A stretch of 46,010 bases of DNA from Synechococcus sp. (lineage in GTDB: Bacteria; Cyanobacteriota; Cyanobacteriia; Thermostichales; PCC-7336). This document shows, in pieces, positions 30,859 through 42,596 of the stretch (positions are counted from its first letter, which is position 1; each line of letters begins with the position of its first letter). The translations under genes and the position numbers were made by a program. Where the stretch lies: the NCBI GenBank assembly GCA_051439425.1, contig JBFRWD010000046.1, forward strand, positions 1-46,010, given 5' to 3'. Below the pieces are notes generated by a model. It searched no databases and was not told where the DNA came from. It worked only from the letters and a program-made list of their open reading frames with translations.

Positions 30859-31860
30859 CTAAGCTGCAGACCGGCCACCTCCCATCAAATAGAGCAGCGC
30901 CATTCGCACCGCCACACCGCTGGTCACCTGTTGCTCGATCAAACTGAGGGCCGCATCTTCCATCAATTCCGAACTCAGTTCCACTCCACGGTTTACGGGG
31001 CCAGGATGCAGAATTTTGGCACCGGGATTGCATCGACTGAGCCGTTGGCGAGTAATCCCAAAACGCTGGTGATATTCCCTCGAACTTGGCAATAGATGTC
31101 CTTCCATTCGCTCCTTTTGTAGCCGCAAGGTCATGACGAAGTCCGTGCCTGCGAGATGTTCGTCTAAAGTCCAATGCACGGGCACACCGTAGGTACTTTC
31201 AAACGCTTTGGGTAACAGGGTAGGTGGAGCGATCAGGTGCAGATCTGCTCCTGCCGTTTTCAGGCTCCAGATATTCGATCTCGCTACGCGCGAATGCAAG
31301 ATATCCCCAACAATTAATATCTTCTTTCCCTTCAGCAATTGGGGGTGGGGGTCGGATGGGTTGAGATGGCGGCAGAGGGTGAACAGGTCTAAGAGGGCTT
31401 GAGTGGGGTGGGCGTGCTGGCCATCCCCTGCATTGAGAACCCCAACCCGACCTGACAAGCGCTCCATTTCATCAGCGATCGCCTGCGGCACCCCTGCTTG
31501 TTTGTGGCGAATCACCATAATGTCGGTGCCCATTGCCCAAAACGTGCGGGCCGTATCTAGGATGGTCTCTCCTTTACTGAGGGAAGATGTTCCTGGAGAA
31601 AAGTTAACCGTATCGGCGGATAGACGCTTGGACGCCAACTCAAAACTAGTGCGGGTACGAGTAGAGGGTTCAAAAAAGAGATTGGCGACTACTTTGCCTT
31701 GCAGGGCAGGAACTTTACGATTGCGGCGGGATAGGACTTCCTGAAAACTGGCCGCTGTTCGAACCACCATTTCGTATTCATCGGCCGAAAAATCTGCCAG
31801 CGAGAGGACGTGTCGTCGCTGCCATTGCCCGCCCATACAACCTCCTATTTGCTCTGCCAT
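30859..31860 (-). CDS. pyrB: Aspartate carbamoyltransferase catalytic subunit
   Basis: [37 protein letters not shown]. Confidence 0.96.
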   Translation of the reverse strand: MAEQIGGCMGGQWQRRHVLSLADFSADEYEMVVRTAASFQEVLSRRNRKVPALQGKVVANLFFEPSTRTRTSFELASKRLSADTVNFSPGTSSLSKGETILDTARTFWAMGTDIMVIRHKQAGVPQAIADEMERLSGRVGVLNAGDGQHAHPTQALLDLFTLCRHLNPSDPHPQLLKGKKILIVGDILHSRVARSNIWSLKTAGADLHLIAPPTLLPKAFESTYGVPVHWTLDEHLAGTDFVMTLRLQKERMEGHLLPSSREYHQRFGITRQRLSRCNPGAKILHPGPVNRGVELSSELMEDAALSLIEQQVTSGVAVRMALLYLMGGGRSAA

Positions 31861-32393
31861 GAAGTGTAGCGACAGAGCCTGTGGGGCTCCACCTCATCCG
31901 TACACGGCTGGATGACATCCCCTCATTGCAGGCCCGACAAGCTAGGGGCTCCAAGCTGTAGGCGCAGCCAGTTCCTGCTGCCGAAATCACCCAATCACTC
32001 CAAAATATTCAAACAAAGAAACACATGAACTGGTTGAACATCGATAAGTTTGAGATGCATTTTACGAAAAAAATATTTTGGTGTTAACGATCTTTGTTGA
32101 TTATTACTCGATATGGCAATGGTTTGGATGCTTATGAATACTTGATGTGCTCTCGGAAAACACTTTTTGCTTCCGTGTCACGCCATGTACTGAGTAATTC
32201 TTAATAAAAAACCTTAGGTCTGGCAAATTGATTGCTTTGGTCTCGCTGGCAAGGTAAGAAATCACGCGAGAAATCGTGATTGCCTGCATACTCGGCATTC
32301 GAAGCCTCTACACATTCTGGCGCTGCTTTTCGCAGTAGCGCCCGCTTTTCTATACCATCTGTCACTTCATTTCCCATAGCTTGGTGTATTCAG

Positions 32394-35125
32394 ATGCAGT
32401 CAATTCAGGTTGGCCTTTTCGATGCCAATAAAAAAAATTAATTGCCCTCATTGAGGACAGCACCCAAATTCTAGCCAGTCTTATTCAAGGGCGAAATCTG
32501 CCTATTTCGGCGACAATCCCCTCCAGCAGTCCTTTGTTCGGACAAGTTGAAAGCATTTTTCTCAATTTGAACAATGGTCAAGTAACCCATCTTGACAATG
32601 TGGCGCCCTATGCTTTATTCAAAGACAGTCGACGCGGTTTTCGTCCTGGCGGCACTATTCCATCCGGACAAAGCATCCTTGAGCTAACGCTATATTCCGA
32701 GAACCGTCGAGGTGGCGATGTGCTGGGTATTATCCTGTTATCTCTTACGATTGGGGATGTTCCGCCGAATATCCCCCCCACGATTACAAGCAGCGATCGC
32801 GTCACCGTAACGGAGAGCAGTACTGAAGTACTCGACATCAACGCAACAGACGACAGCGATTCCGAGGGGGCTGGACTGACCTATGCTCTGAAAGGAATAG
32901 TTGATGGGGAGCTGTTCAACATGAACGCCAACACTGGGTTGCTATCATTTATCTCCCCGCCTGATTTTGAAAATCCGACCGATAGTGGAGCCGATAAAAC
33001 CCATAACGTAAAGGTCACCGTTACGGACTCCGAGGGGTTGCAGGATGTCCGACAGTTTGCTATTGCCGCCAGTGACGTTGATGAAGGCACAGCAAACCTA
33101 CTCCCGACGATCGCAACCAACAATACGGTCGCGGTGCCGGAAAACAGGGTATTGGCCATTAACGTTAATGCCACCGACGATCGCGACTCCGAAGGGGCAG
33201 GTTTAACATATCGACTTAGGGGCAATGGCGACGATGAACTGTTCTCGAATGATGCCAATACGAGGATACTTTTATTCAATTTGCTTCCCGATTTAGAAGC
33301 ACCATCAGATGCTAACTCGAATAATATCTATGCGGTTGAGGTGACCGTTACCGATTCGGGAGGGCTGACAGATACTCAGAACCTCTCAGTCACGGTCACC
33401 GATAAGCAGAAATGGGGCGGCAATACCGTTCCGGCGATCGTCAATAGCATTGACATCGATCTCGATTCTGAAGCAGCAGGGCTAACTTACAGCATTATTG
33501 GTGGAGCCGATTGCGATCGCTTCCAAATTGATGCCAGAACAGGCGTGGTCAGCTTTGTACAGGCACCACAGGTTGCGACCCCTGAAGATGGCAATGGCGA
33601 TTTTACGTACGAACTGCAAGTAGTCGCTAGCGACTCGGACGGTCTGGCAAGCACTCAAGATCTGGCCATTACTGTTATCTCCGAGTTTTTTTTAACCAAT
33701 CAATTCGACCACTTCATTACCCATAACGACGGTAATGCCAATGATGTGGATGACATTTCGGCCTTGGTGATTCAGGCCGCGCTTATAAGTGCTGCAGGGT
33801 TGCAGGATCGGACGACGTTTTTTTATAACAACAACTTGGGCGAGCCCAACAACACTCGACGAGGAGAGTTATTCAATGAGTTCAATCAAGTTGAAGTCAT
33901 GCGCACCAGTGCGGCATTTGCCGAGAAGTTAGGCATCCAAACCTACGACTATCAATCGGGAATCGAATGGACTACGCAAAAGCTGGTTGATATTCTCAAT
34001 TCGGGACAACGAGTGTTGATTTTGGAAGGCGGCCCTCTGGAAGCAACCTATCGAGCGCTAGAACGGGTTACTCCTGAGAATCTGTCAAACATCACAGTGG
34101 TATCCCACGGTTCCTCCACTTTCAATCAAACGCACAACCTGGCCACACGGAGGGGTGTATCCTTCGCTCGAAATCAAGCTGACATTCTTCGAGACTTTCC
34201 TGAACTCAACCGCATCGCAATTCCCAATCAAAATGGCCCCGATAAATCCGGAGACTTAGGCTTCAATAGCTCCTTATGGGAATGCTTGGACAGCACCTCA
34301 GACCCAATCCTCCAAGAAGTGCGCGCTCTGATGAGCAATAACGATGGCAGACGGGCGAGCAACGATGCCTCTGATGCAGGGATGGTGTTCTACTTACTTA
34401 CCGGTAACGAGACCGCCGATCCGCTGGATACATGCGACTTCTTCCAACACTTCCCTCCGTCACTGGGCTCTGCCCCCACCTTAATTGCCCGAGAACCACT
34501 CAGCATTGTTGAAAATCAACGACAGGTTCTCGATCTACAAACTAGTGCTCCTAATGGAGACAGCGAAGGTAATGGCCTGGCGTACACCATTTCTGGTGGG
34601 GCCGATCGCGATCGCTTCAAGGTGGATGCCAACGGGGTTCTGCGCTTCAGAACGTCACCAGTATTCAATTCCCCTAACGATGCCGATGGCGACAATATCT
34701 ACGAAGTTGATGTCACTGTCAAAGATTCTGCCAATCGAACCGATACCGATCGCCTAGACATCCAAGTGCGTCCGTCTGGTTCACCGCAAATTATCTCCGT
34801 ACCCGCGGCTACTGTTCCTGACGAGCAAGTAATCGCCCTCGATATTGATGCGGTGGACGATGTTGATGAAGAGCGATCGGGCCTGCTCTACAGCATTACC
34901 GGAGGAGCAGATCGCCAAAACTTTCGGGTTGATGCTACTACCAGCGGCAGTACCGGTCTACTGACATTTGTCAGTCCTCCAGACGTAAATTCACCATCAG
35001 ATGCCAATCGCGACAATATCTATGAAGTTGAAGTAACGGTCACCGATTCGGAAGGGCAGACAGACTCTCAGGTGATTCGCGTGATAGTAGGCGATGGGGG
35101 AGGAGAAACTGGCGTTGCACATTAA
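32394..35125 (+). pseudogene. Cadherin-repeat surface protein with central catalytic-like domain; 5' A8 frameshift, 3' truncated by IS1
   Basis: Repeated LTYSI.GGAD.DRF.ID..TG.L.F...PD..DAN.DNIYEVEVTVTDS units; ATG 32394 is out of frame across A8 at 32430-32437; the last residues GVAH* come from the IS1 IR. Confidence 0.8.
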
Positions 35126-35835
35126 GGGGCTGATGGAGTAGGAAGGTCGCGATATCGAAGAAAGTGCAGCAGCAATCGAATCGAGTATTTGAGCATAACT
35201 TCTGACTTGGAATAGCAGAGAGTCTTACGACCCAATCGGGCCAAGTAATGCAGCAGCCTAGTGTTCTCCCCTTCCACCCGATACATGGCTGTTTTGCTCA
35301 CCAGATGGTCGCCGTCGTCAATACAGCAAGCGTAAACTGGCCATCCATCCGTGATGTAGAGAAAACATTGCCAGCCTCGAACCAACAACCACAAGGGCCA
35401 GAACGTGTCCAAGCTCCGCTCACCTAGTTGCCAGGCCAGGATACCGGAGCGCTTACCATCTACGGCTATCCACAACCATCGCTTGTTTTTTTCGACCCGA
35501 CAAAGGTTTGAAGCTCATCCAATTGGGCTAATTCTGGAATCTGCTCGGGGGGAGGGGCATCAGGAAGGGAGTCGGCTCCTCGCTTGACCCACTTAATCAC
35601 TGTGTTGTGATTAACCCCTGTGCACCGTTCAATGGCTCTAAACCCCATTCCATTGACATAGAGTTTTAGGCAGTGACGTTTGACCTCGTCGCTGTAGCCT
35701 CGCTGACTATAGGACTCTATAAATTGGCGACGACACTGTTTGCAGATGTAGCGCTGCTTGCCACTCTTGTGACCGTTCTTTGAGCAATTGCTCGATTCGC
35801 ATCTTGGACATTTCATCACTACAGTATGCAACGCC
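35111..35835 (-). mobile_element. IS1-family element (insA/insB, -1 frameshift)
   Basis: IRs GGCGTTGCAC (35111) and TATGCAACGCC (35835); InsA CPRC..CKQC plus HTH; A7C slip site at 35486-35492; InsB ITDGW..VEGENTRL..TLCYSKS. Confidence 0.92.
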
Positions 35836-35878
35836 AAATATATTTAGGTCGAAATAGGATGAGGTTAATTGATACTCT

Positions 35879-36191
35879 GGTTCTGTTGCAGAAAAGTGTT
35901 GAGTGACAAGGACCTTTCGCAGCTGTTGGATTGTTATACAGCAATCCCAAAGGGCTGATGGATGAAGTTTATCTGAGCAATGACGTCACCCCGAGCAACA
36001 CCAACCAGCTGCTCCTTTCTAAAACTCAGTCAATACCTCAAGTACCACCTCACTGCCATGATGATGATCGGCGGAGGGAAGTGACTGCATTTGAATGGAG
36101 TATCGGCTGGCATACGGTCGCTAATCAAGGGAAGCACAGGGGTTCACACTACCATCTCTCTTCAGTTTCTCCAAAGTTTGCAACACCTATG
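35879..36191 (-). mobile_element. Internally deleted IS6-family remnant
   Basis: IS6-type IR GGTTCTGTTGCA at 35879 and TTTGCAACA near 36177-36185; transposase N-terminus FKCSHFPP..IMAVRWYLRY joined to C-terminus GDVIAQINFIHQPFGIAV*. Confidence 0.75.
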
Positions 36192-36213
36192 ACAATATTG
36201 GAGCTGTTTGAGC

Positions 36214-37383
36214 TTATGACAGCCTTGCTTTGAAGTCCTCGTAGCCGAAGGTTTTGACCACGCGCAATTTGTCTGTGGATGAATCCCAAATGGCGATCGC
36301 CGGTAACTTAGTACCGTTAAATGTCGTAGTTTTTACCATCGTGTAGTGGGCCATGTCGTCAAACATCAACCGTTGGCCGATGCGCAAGGGAGCATCGAAG
36401 CTGTAGTCCCCCATGACATCGCCGGCCAGACAGGTTAGCCCTCCCAATCGATAGGTCGATGCTTTGTCTCCAGCATTTCCCGCACCGAACACCTCAGCCC
36501 GATAAGGCATTTCAAGAGTGTCGGGCATATGGCACGTGGCAGAGGTATCCAGAATCGCGATGTCGATGTCGTTCCGCACCACATCCAACACCTCGCAGAC
36601 TAATACACCGGTATGGATGGCGATCGCCTCCCCCGGCTCTAGATAGACTTGCACCCCATACCGTGCTTGAAAGGCTCGAATTCGGTCGATCGATGCATCA
36701 ATCTGATAGCCCTTGCGCGTGATGAGGTGCCCCCCACCAAAATTCACCCACTCCAACATGGGTAGCCAGTCCGCAAACTGGTCTTCAATTACATCGAGCG
36801 TGCGGGATAGAGGGGGGAAATCTTGTTCGCACAGGGTGTGAAAATGCAATCCGCTTAGCCCGGTTAAATCCTGTCCGTCAAATTCAGATTTGGGAATACC
36901 GAGTCGCGACCCAGGTACGCACGGATCGTAAATCGGGGTCGCGCCCTCCGAATGCATGGGATTGACTCGCAAGCCAAACTTGAGCTGCGATCGCACTTTC
37001 AGAGCCTGCTGAATCATCGGCTGAAACCGCTGCCACTGCCCGAAGGAGTTAAAAACAACATGGTCAGAAATCTGCAGAATCTTATGCAAGTCCTCTGCAG
37101 AATATGCTGCCGAAAAGGTATGCACTTCTCCACCAAATTCCTCTGCCCCCAGTCGAGCTTCGTGCCAGCCGCTGGCACAAGTCCCGCATAAGTACTTCGA
37201 AATTAGCGGAGCCAAACTAAACATCGAAAACGCTTTCAGGGCCATCAACACCTTGGCTCCGGACTCTGCCTGAATTCGTGCCAGGATCTCCAGATTTAGT
37301 CGGACGGCCTCCTGGTCCACCACGAAACACGGGGACGGAACCCGGGAGGGATCGAATCCTAAGAATGACTGGCTATTTATCAC
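36214..37383 (-). CDS. nspC: Carboxynorspermidine decarboxylase
   Basis: ALKAFS PLP lysine, GLHFHTLCEQ, FGGGH, LEPGE, HMPDTLEMPY, YTMVKTTTFNG. Confidence 0.93.
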   Translation of the reverse strand: MINSQSFLGFDPSRVPSPCFVVDQEAVRLNLEILARIQAESGAKVLMALKAFSMFSLAPLISKYLCGTCASGWHEARLGAEEFGGEVHTFSAAYSAEDLHKILQISDHVVFNSFGQWQRFQPMIQQALKVRSQLKFGLRVNPMHSEGATPIYDPCVPGSRLGIPKSEFDGQDLTGLSGLHFHTLCEQDFPPLSRTLDVIEDQFADWLPMLEWVNFGGGHLITRKGYQIDASIDRIRAFQARYGVQVYLEPGEAIAIHTGVLVCEVLDVVRNDIDIAILDTSATCHMPDTLEMPYRAEVFGAGNAGDKASTYRLGGLTCLAGDVMGDYSFDAPLRIGQRLMFDDMAHYTMVKTTTFNGTKLPAIAIWDSSTDKLRVVKTFGYEDFKARLS

Positions 37384-37428
37384 TGCAACTGTAAGAGAGG
37401 GTGGGGTCTTGAGGCCTGAAGCGGCAAC

Positions 37429-38625
37429 TCACTTCAGGACAAAGTCGGGATCTTCAATCACCGTCCAGGGCAGTCCGTATTGGTTCATGTAGTTCATAAA
37501 TGGATCGGGATCCAACTGCTCGATATTCCACACCCCCGGCTGCATCCACGTCCCGTCAGCCATCAGCTTTGCCCCAATCGCCGCCGGGACTCCAGTTGTA
37601 TATGAAATCGCCTGAGACTGTACCTCTTGGTAGGCTGCTTGATGATCGCAGATGTTGTAGACATACGCGGTTTTTGAAGCACCATCTTTAATCCCTTTCA
37701 CAACGCAGCCAATACAAGTCCTCCCGACTGTGCGCGGCCCCAGCGTAGAAGGATCGGGCAACAGGGCTTTAAGAAACTGAATCGGGACAATGTCTTGCCC
37801 CTGGAAGGAAATTGGCTCGATGCCCGTCATGCCCACATTGCCGAGTACTTCCAAGTGTTTGAGGTAGTTATCTGAAAAGCTCATCCAAAACTGAGCTTTG
37901 GTCAACGTGGGATAGTGCTTGGTCAGGGACTCTAGCTCTTCGTGATACATGCGATAACTGGTGTAAGTTCCCACTTTTTCCGGGCAGGCATATGACTGCT
38001 GCATCGACATGGCAGGAGTCGTAACAAAACGGCCATGTTCCCAATGGCGGCACTCTGCCGTCACTTCGCGGATGTTGATTTCTGGATTGAAGTTGGTGGC
38101 AAACGGATAACCGTGATCTCCACCATTTACGTCGATGATATTGAGCTCGTGAATCTCGTCAAAGTAGTGCTTGGCACTATAGGCGGTGAATACGTTCGTT
38201 GCTCCCGGATCGAACCCAGATCCCAACAATGCCATCAACCCTGCCTGTTTAAATCGCTCCTGATAAGCCCACTGCCATTTGTACTCGAACTTGGCAGTAT
38301 CCAGCGGTTCGTAATTGGCGGTATCTAGGTAGTGAACTCCCGTTTCCAAGCAGGCATCCATAATGGTCAGGTCTTGATAGGGCAACGCCACGTTGATAAT
38401 CAACTGAGGGTTGGTGTGCCGAATCAGTTCCACCAGTTCTGGAACGTTATCGGCATCCACTTGGGCGGTTGCAATGGGGCGATCGAGTTGAGCAGCAATC
38501 TTGCGGCATTTCTCTTCCGTGCGGCTGGCCAACATGATGTCGGAAAAGGTCTCTGACATTTGGGCGCACTTGTGGGTTACGACCTGGCCGACGCCACCCG
38601 CACCAATGATTAATACTTTGGCCAT
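37429..38625 (-). CDS. Saccharopine-dehydrogenase-family carboxy(nor)spermidine dehydrogenase
   Basis: IIGAGGVG, YLDTANYE, GSGFDPG, TNFNPEINIRE; adjacent to nspC. Confidence 0.9.
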   Translation of the reverse strand: MAKVLIIGAGGVGQVVTHKCAQMSETFSDIMLASRTEEKCRKIAAQLDRPIATAQVDADNVPELVELIRHTNPQLIINVALPYQDLTIMDACLETGVHYLDTANYEPLDTAKFEYKWQWAYQERFKQAGLMALLGSGFDPGATNVFTAYSAKHYFDEIHELNIIDVNGGDHGYPFATNFNPEINIREVTAECRHWEHGRFVTTPAMSMQQSYACPEKVGTYTSYRMYHEELESLTKHYPTLTKAQFWMSFSDNYLKHLEVLGNVGMTGIEPISFQGQDIVPIQFLKALLPDPSTLGPRTVGRTCIGCVVKGIKDGASKTAYVYNICDHQAAYQEVQSQAISYTTGVPAAIGAKLMADGTWMQPGVWNIEQLDPDPFMNYMNQYGLPWTVIEDPDFVLK

Positions 38626-38816
38626 TGAGTTTCAGAACCGCAATCACGTCGCTAAGTATAGCTAGCTTGGTCTCGCGATAAGACAGTCGGAAGCGTAAAA
38701 AATAAGTTGATACTCTCAATAAGCTCAAGACAGACAGATTATCCTTCTTGTTACGCCGCCATACTGTCTTTCAGGGAGACCGCAATGTCTGTGCCAAGAG
38801 ATGGCATTCATCAGAG

Positions 38817-39953
38817 TCAGCCTGACAAATGACTAACACCAGCAAGTGATAGAGAGGTTTTGCGGTAGCGGTAATAGGCAGCACAAGCACCTTCGGAAGA
38901 CACCATCGGAGCCCCCAGTGGATGCTCGGGAGTGCAGCGAGTTCCAAATGCCGGACAGGTATGGGGCTTACGAATTCCCTGTAAAATCTGGCCGCTGATG
39001 CAGTCTGAAGGGGATGTACGTTGGGAGAGTCGATCGCTGCTCAGCAATCCCTTGCGACAAGCGTCGTAGGCGTAGAATTCTGGCTTCAACCCCAAACCAC
39101 TGGCCGGAATGTCTCCTAATCCCCGCCAATGTTGAGGCACGATTTCAAACACTGTTTTCATCAAGCCTTGAGCGGCCTCGTTTCCCCGCTCCCGCACAGT
39201 ACGAGCATATTGATTCTCAACTTCGGCCTTGCCTGCTTCCAATTGCAGCAGGCATCGATAAATCCCTTGCAAGATATCCACCGGCTCGAATCCTGTGACC
39301 ACAATTGGCACGTGGTATCTGGCAGCGATCGCTTCGTATTCCCGATAGCCCATCACCGTACAGACATGTCCCGCCGCCAAAAATCCTTGCGTGCGGCTAT
39401 CCGGTGAAGACAGAATGGCCTCCATTGCGGGGGGAACTCGGACGTGGGAGACCAGGAACGAGATATTTGAGAGGTTCTGTTGTGCTGCCTGATAAACGGC
39501 TAATGCAGTGGCGGGGGCCGTGGTTTCGAAGCCGATCGCGAAGAACACCACATTCTTATCCGGATTACTGTTGGCGATATTGAGAGCATCCAGTGGCGAG
39601 TACAGTACCCTTACATCCGCGCCCAGTGCCTTCGCTCCAAGCAGGTCGCCGCGATCTGGACTGCCAGGAACTCGCACCATATCGCCGTAGGAACAGAGAA
39701 TGACGTTGGGTAACTGGGCGAAGGCAATCGCCGTATCGATGGTTTCGGCAGCTGTGACGCAGACAGGGCAGCCGGGGCCGTGAATTAGGGTAATGTCTGC
39801 CGGTAGGAGAGCGTCGAGTCCGTATTTGACGATGGCGTGAGTCTGGCCGCCGCAAATTTCCATCAGGGTCCAGGGGCGGGTGACGAGATTGGCGATCGCT
39901 TGACTGAGGTGACGAACGGCATCGGCGTTGCGATATTCATCGAGGTATTTCAT
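38817..39953 (-). CDS. hypD: Hydrogenase maturation protein HypD
   Basis: [29 protein letters not shown]. Confidence 0.96.
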   Translation of the reverse strand: MKYLDEYRNADAVRHLSQAIANLVTRPWTLMEICGGQTHAIVKYGLDALLPADITLIHGPGCPVCVTAAETIDTAIAFAQLPNVILCSYGDMVRVPGSPDRGDLLGAKALGADVRVLYSPLDALNIANSNPDKNVVFFAIGFETTAPATALAVYQAAQQNLSNISFLVSHVRVPPAMEAILSSPDSRTQGFLAAGHVCTVMGYREYEAIAARYHVPIVVTGFEPVDILQGIYRCLLQLEAGKAEVENQYARTVRERGNEAAQGLMKTVFEIVPQHWRGLGDIPASGLGLKPEFYAYDACRKGLLSSDRLSQRTSPSDCISGQILQGIRKPHTCPAFGTRCTPEHPLGAPMVSSEGACAAYYRYRKTSLSLAGVSHLSG

Positions 39954-39960
39954 CGGGTAC

Positions 39961-40218
39961 TCATGCCTCCATCTGTGCGCGCAGTTGGCTCAAGACCTGT
40001 AAGGTTTGTTGAGCTTCATCCTCGTCAATTGTGGCAATGGCACAACCTACGTGGACGACGACGTAATCCCCTACCGCAGCTTCCGGCACGTAGGCTAAAC
40101 TGACCTGCTTAACGACTCCGCCAAATCGCACCTTTCCCATCCGATAGAGGCCATCGAGATCGTCTGACATTGAAGACTCGACAATGCTGATAATTTGGCC
40201 GGGAACGGCTAGACACAT
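39961..40218 (-). CDS. hypC: Hydrogenase chaperone HypC
   Basis: [16 protein letters not shown]. Confidence 0.95.
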   Translation of the reverse strand: MCLAVPGQIISIVESSMSDDLDGLYRMGKVRFGGVVKQVSLAYVPEAAVGDYVVVHVGCAIATIDEDEAQQTLQVLSQLRAQMEA

Positions 40219-42596
40219 GGCGCTCCTCCGGGCGAACGATGCTGCAATTTCCAGGTAGCCCCCAAGATTTGACCGACTGCCAACCCTCCGTCATTGGACG
40301 GAATGTTTTGGTGCCAGTGAGGGGTGAATCCAGCCGCTTGCAAACCGCGAATGCTGGTCTCCAATAGATACCGGTTTTGGAAACAGCCTCCCGTTAAAAG
40401 TACCTGAGAGATGCCGACACGACGAGCGATCGCCACAATCGCATCTGACAGAGTGTTGTGGAACCTAGCAGAGATCTGGCCGATGGGTTGGTCCAAGTCT
40501 GCCAAAATTGCTTGCAACATGGGCTCCCAATCTAGCAAGAGAGGGCCATTGTCCTGTGAAGTCAGTGTGTAGGGATATCGTCCGGTTGTATTGGGCCCAG
40601 CAATCGCAGACTCAAACTGCATGGCGGCCTCTCCTTCATATGTAGATTGCTGACAGAGGCCGACGATCGCGGCGAACGCATCGAATAATCGCCCCACGCT
40701 AGATGTTCGCGGTGAGTTGACCTGTCGCCGCAACATGGTGGTCAGCAGCTTGAGATCGCTGTCTGAAAACGCCCGCAATGCAGCATTGTCAATGCCAAAT
40801 GCACTATCTCCAAAGGTTTCGTAGAGCAGTCCCAACGCCGAGCGGCGCGGTTCTCGTGCGGCGCGATCGCCTCCCGGTAGAGAAAACGACCGCAGGTGGG
40901 CTACTCGATCGAATCCCTCTCGGTCGGGAACAGCTAAAAACTCTCCCCCCCAAACCGTGCCGTCCAATCCGTACCCGTTGCCGTCCCAAGCCACGCCTAA
41001 AACGGGTGGTTCCAAATGGTGCTCGGCGATTGCGGAAAGGATGTGGGCGTAGTGGTGTTGAATGGGGATAACAGGAACCTGCAGTGACTTTCCGAGGTGG
41101 TGTGCTAGCTGGGTTGAGGCGTAATCGGGATGGGCATCGCAGGCGATCGCGGTTGGGCTTGCACCGTATAAATGCAGGAAATTGGTAACCGTTTCACGGA
41201 CTCGTTCCACTGTTTCTGCTGTGTCCAAATCCCCCAAATGCTGGCTAACCAGAATTCGATCGGGGAGAGACAGTGCCACGGTATTTTTCAAGTGACCGCC
41301 CACTGCCAGTAAACAAGGTAAGTCCTCAGCTGATGATGGCTGGAGGGGAACGGGGGCGTACCCTCTGGCTCGTCGGATGGGAACTGCACGATCGGCCATT
41401 ACGCGCACCACAGAATCATCGACGGGGCGAGCAATGGGGCGGTTGTGGACGAGGGAGGCATCTGCGATAGAACCGAGGTTGGCGAGCGCTTCCGAGTTAT
41501 CGATACAGATTGGTTCGCCTGAACGATTACCGCTGGTTGCGACGATCGGGAAGCCCAGTTCGGCCAACAGCAAATGGTGCAGTGGAGTGTAGGGCAACAT
41601 CACCCCCAGCGTGGATTGATGGGGGGCGATCGAAGCTGCCAGACGGATTTGGGGATTAGCCTGTGGCGTCAAGAGGACAATCGGAGCAGCTGCAGACAGC
41701 AGCTGCTCCTTCTCAGTAAGTGATATGCAGCAGTCCTGACTAAGTATCTCCAGGCTGGGATACATTACTGCTAATGGTTTACTGGGTCGGTACTTGCGAT
41801 CGCGCAGTCGTTGGACTGCGGCCTCATTCCGCGCATCGACCACCAGATGAAAGCCCCCCAATCCCTTGAGGGCGATGATGTCCCCGCCTCGAATGCGATC
41901 GCCCACTTCCCGGAGCGGATCGCTACCGGAAGCCATCGAGATCGGTTGTCCCTGCTTGTCCAGTAGCTCCAACTGCGGCCCGCAGATGCGACAGGCATTG
42001 GGTTGAGCGTGAAATCGTCTGTTGTTGGGGCTGTCGTACTCTTCCTGACATTCCAGACACATGCGAAAGCTTCGCATGGTGGTGTTGGGGCGATCGTAGG
42101 GGAGAACGGTTTGAATACTGTAGCGGGGACCGCAGTGAGTGCAGTTGATGAAGGGGTAACGATAGCGGCGATCGCTGGGGTCAAACAATTCTTGGAGGCA
42201 GTCGGCACAGGTGGCTAGGTCTGGCAGCAACCAGGCTGATTTCGATGATGTATCCGAATGGGAGGCACGGATCTCGAAGCGCTCGTAGTTGCAGGGATCG
42301 AGCCAGGTTGAGTCGAGACCCGCAAGGTGGGAATGGGGCGGCCGATCCTGCAACAGTCGTTCTTGAAATGCTGTCAGTTGGGAGATTTCTCCTTCTATTT
42401 CGATGTCTAGGCCGCGATCGCTATTGCACACCCATCCTGTCAGTCCCAATTCCGAGGCCAGGCGATAGACGAAGGGCCGAAATCCCACGCCCTGAACGAT
42501 TCCTTGGACTTGAATTCGCAATAGTCGTTTAGTGTTGGCATTCAAGGGTTGAGAAATCGGATGCCGTTGCTGGTGTTGGGTTGAATGGGTTGGCAC
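40209..42596 (-). CDS. hypF: Carbamoyltransferase HypF
   Basis: GIVQGVGFRPF, zinc fingers, KGLGGFHL, QHHYAH, NDGGLAVGQ. Confidence 0.96.
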   Translation of the reverse strand: MPTHSTQHQQRHPISQPLNANTKRLLRIQVQGIVQGVGFRPFVYRLASELGLTGWVCNSDRGLDIEIEGEISQLTAFQERLLQDRPPHSHLAGLDSTWLDPCNYERFEIRASHSDTSSKSAWLLPDLATCADCLQELFDPSDRRYRYPFINCTHCGPRYSIQTVLPYDRPNTTMRSFRMCLECQEEYDSPNNRRFHAQPNACRICGPQLELLDKQGQPISMASGSDPLREVGDRIRGGDIIALKGLGGFHLVVDARNEAAVQRLRDRKYRPSKPLAVMYPSLEILSQDCCISLTEKEQLLSAAAPIVLLTPQANPQIRLAASIAPHQSTLGVMLPYTPLHHLLLAELGFPIVATSGNRSGEPICIDNSEALANLGSIADASLVHNRPIARPVDDSVVRVMADRAVPIRRARGYAPVPLQPSSAEDLPCLLAVGGHLKNTVALSLPDRILVSQHLGDLDTAETVERVRETVTNFLHLYGASPTAIACDAHPDYASTQLAHHLGKSLQVPVIPIQHHYAHILSAIAEHHLEPPVLGVAWDGNGYGLDGTVWGGEFLAVPDREGFDRVAHLRSFSLPGGDRAAREPRRSALGLLYETFGDSAFGIDNAALRAFSDSDLKLLTTMLRRQVNSPRTSSVGRLFDAFAAIVGLCQQSTYEGEAAMQFESAIAGPNTTGRYPYTLTSQDNGPLLLDWEPMLQAILADLDQPIGQISARFHNTLSDAIVAIARRVGISQVLLTGGCFQNRYLLETSIRGLQAAGFTPHWHQNIPSNDGGLAVGQILGATWKLQHRSPGGAPCV

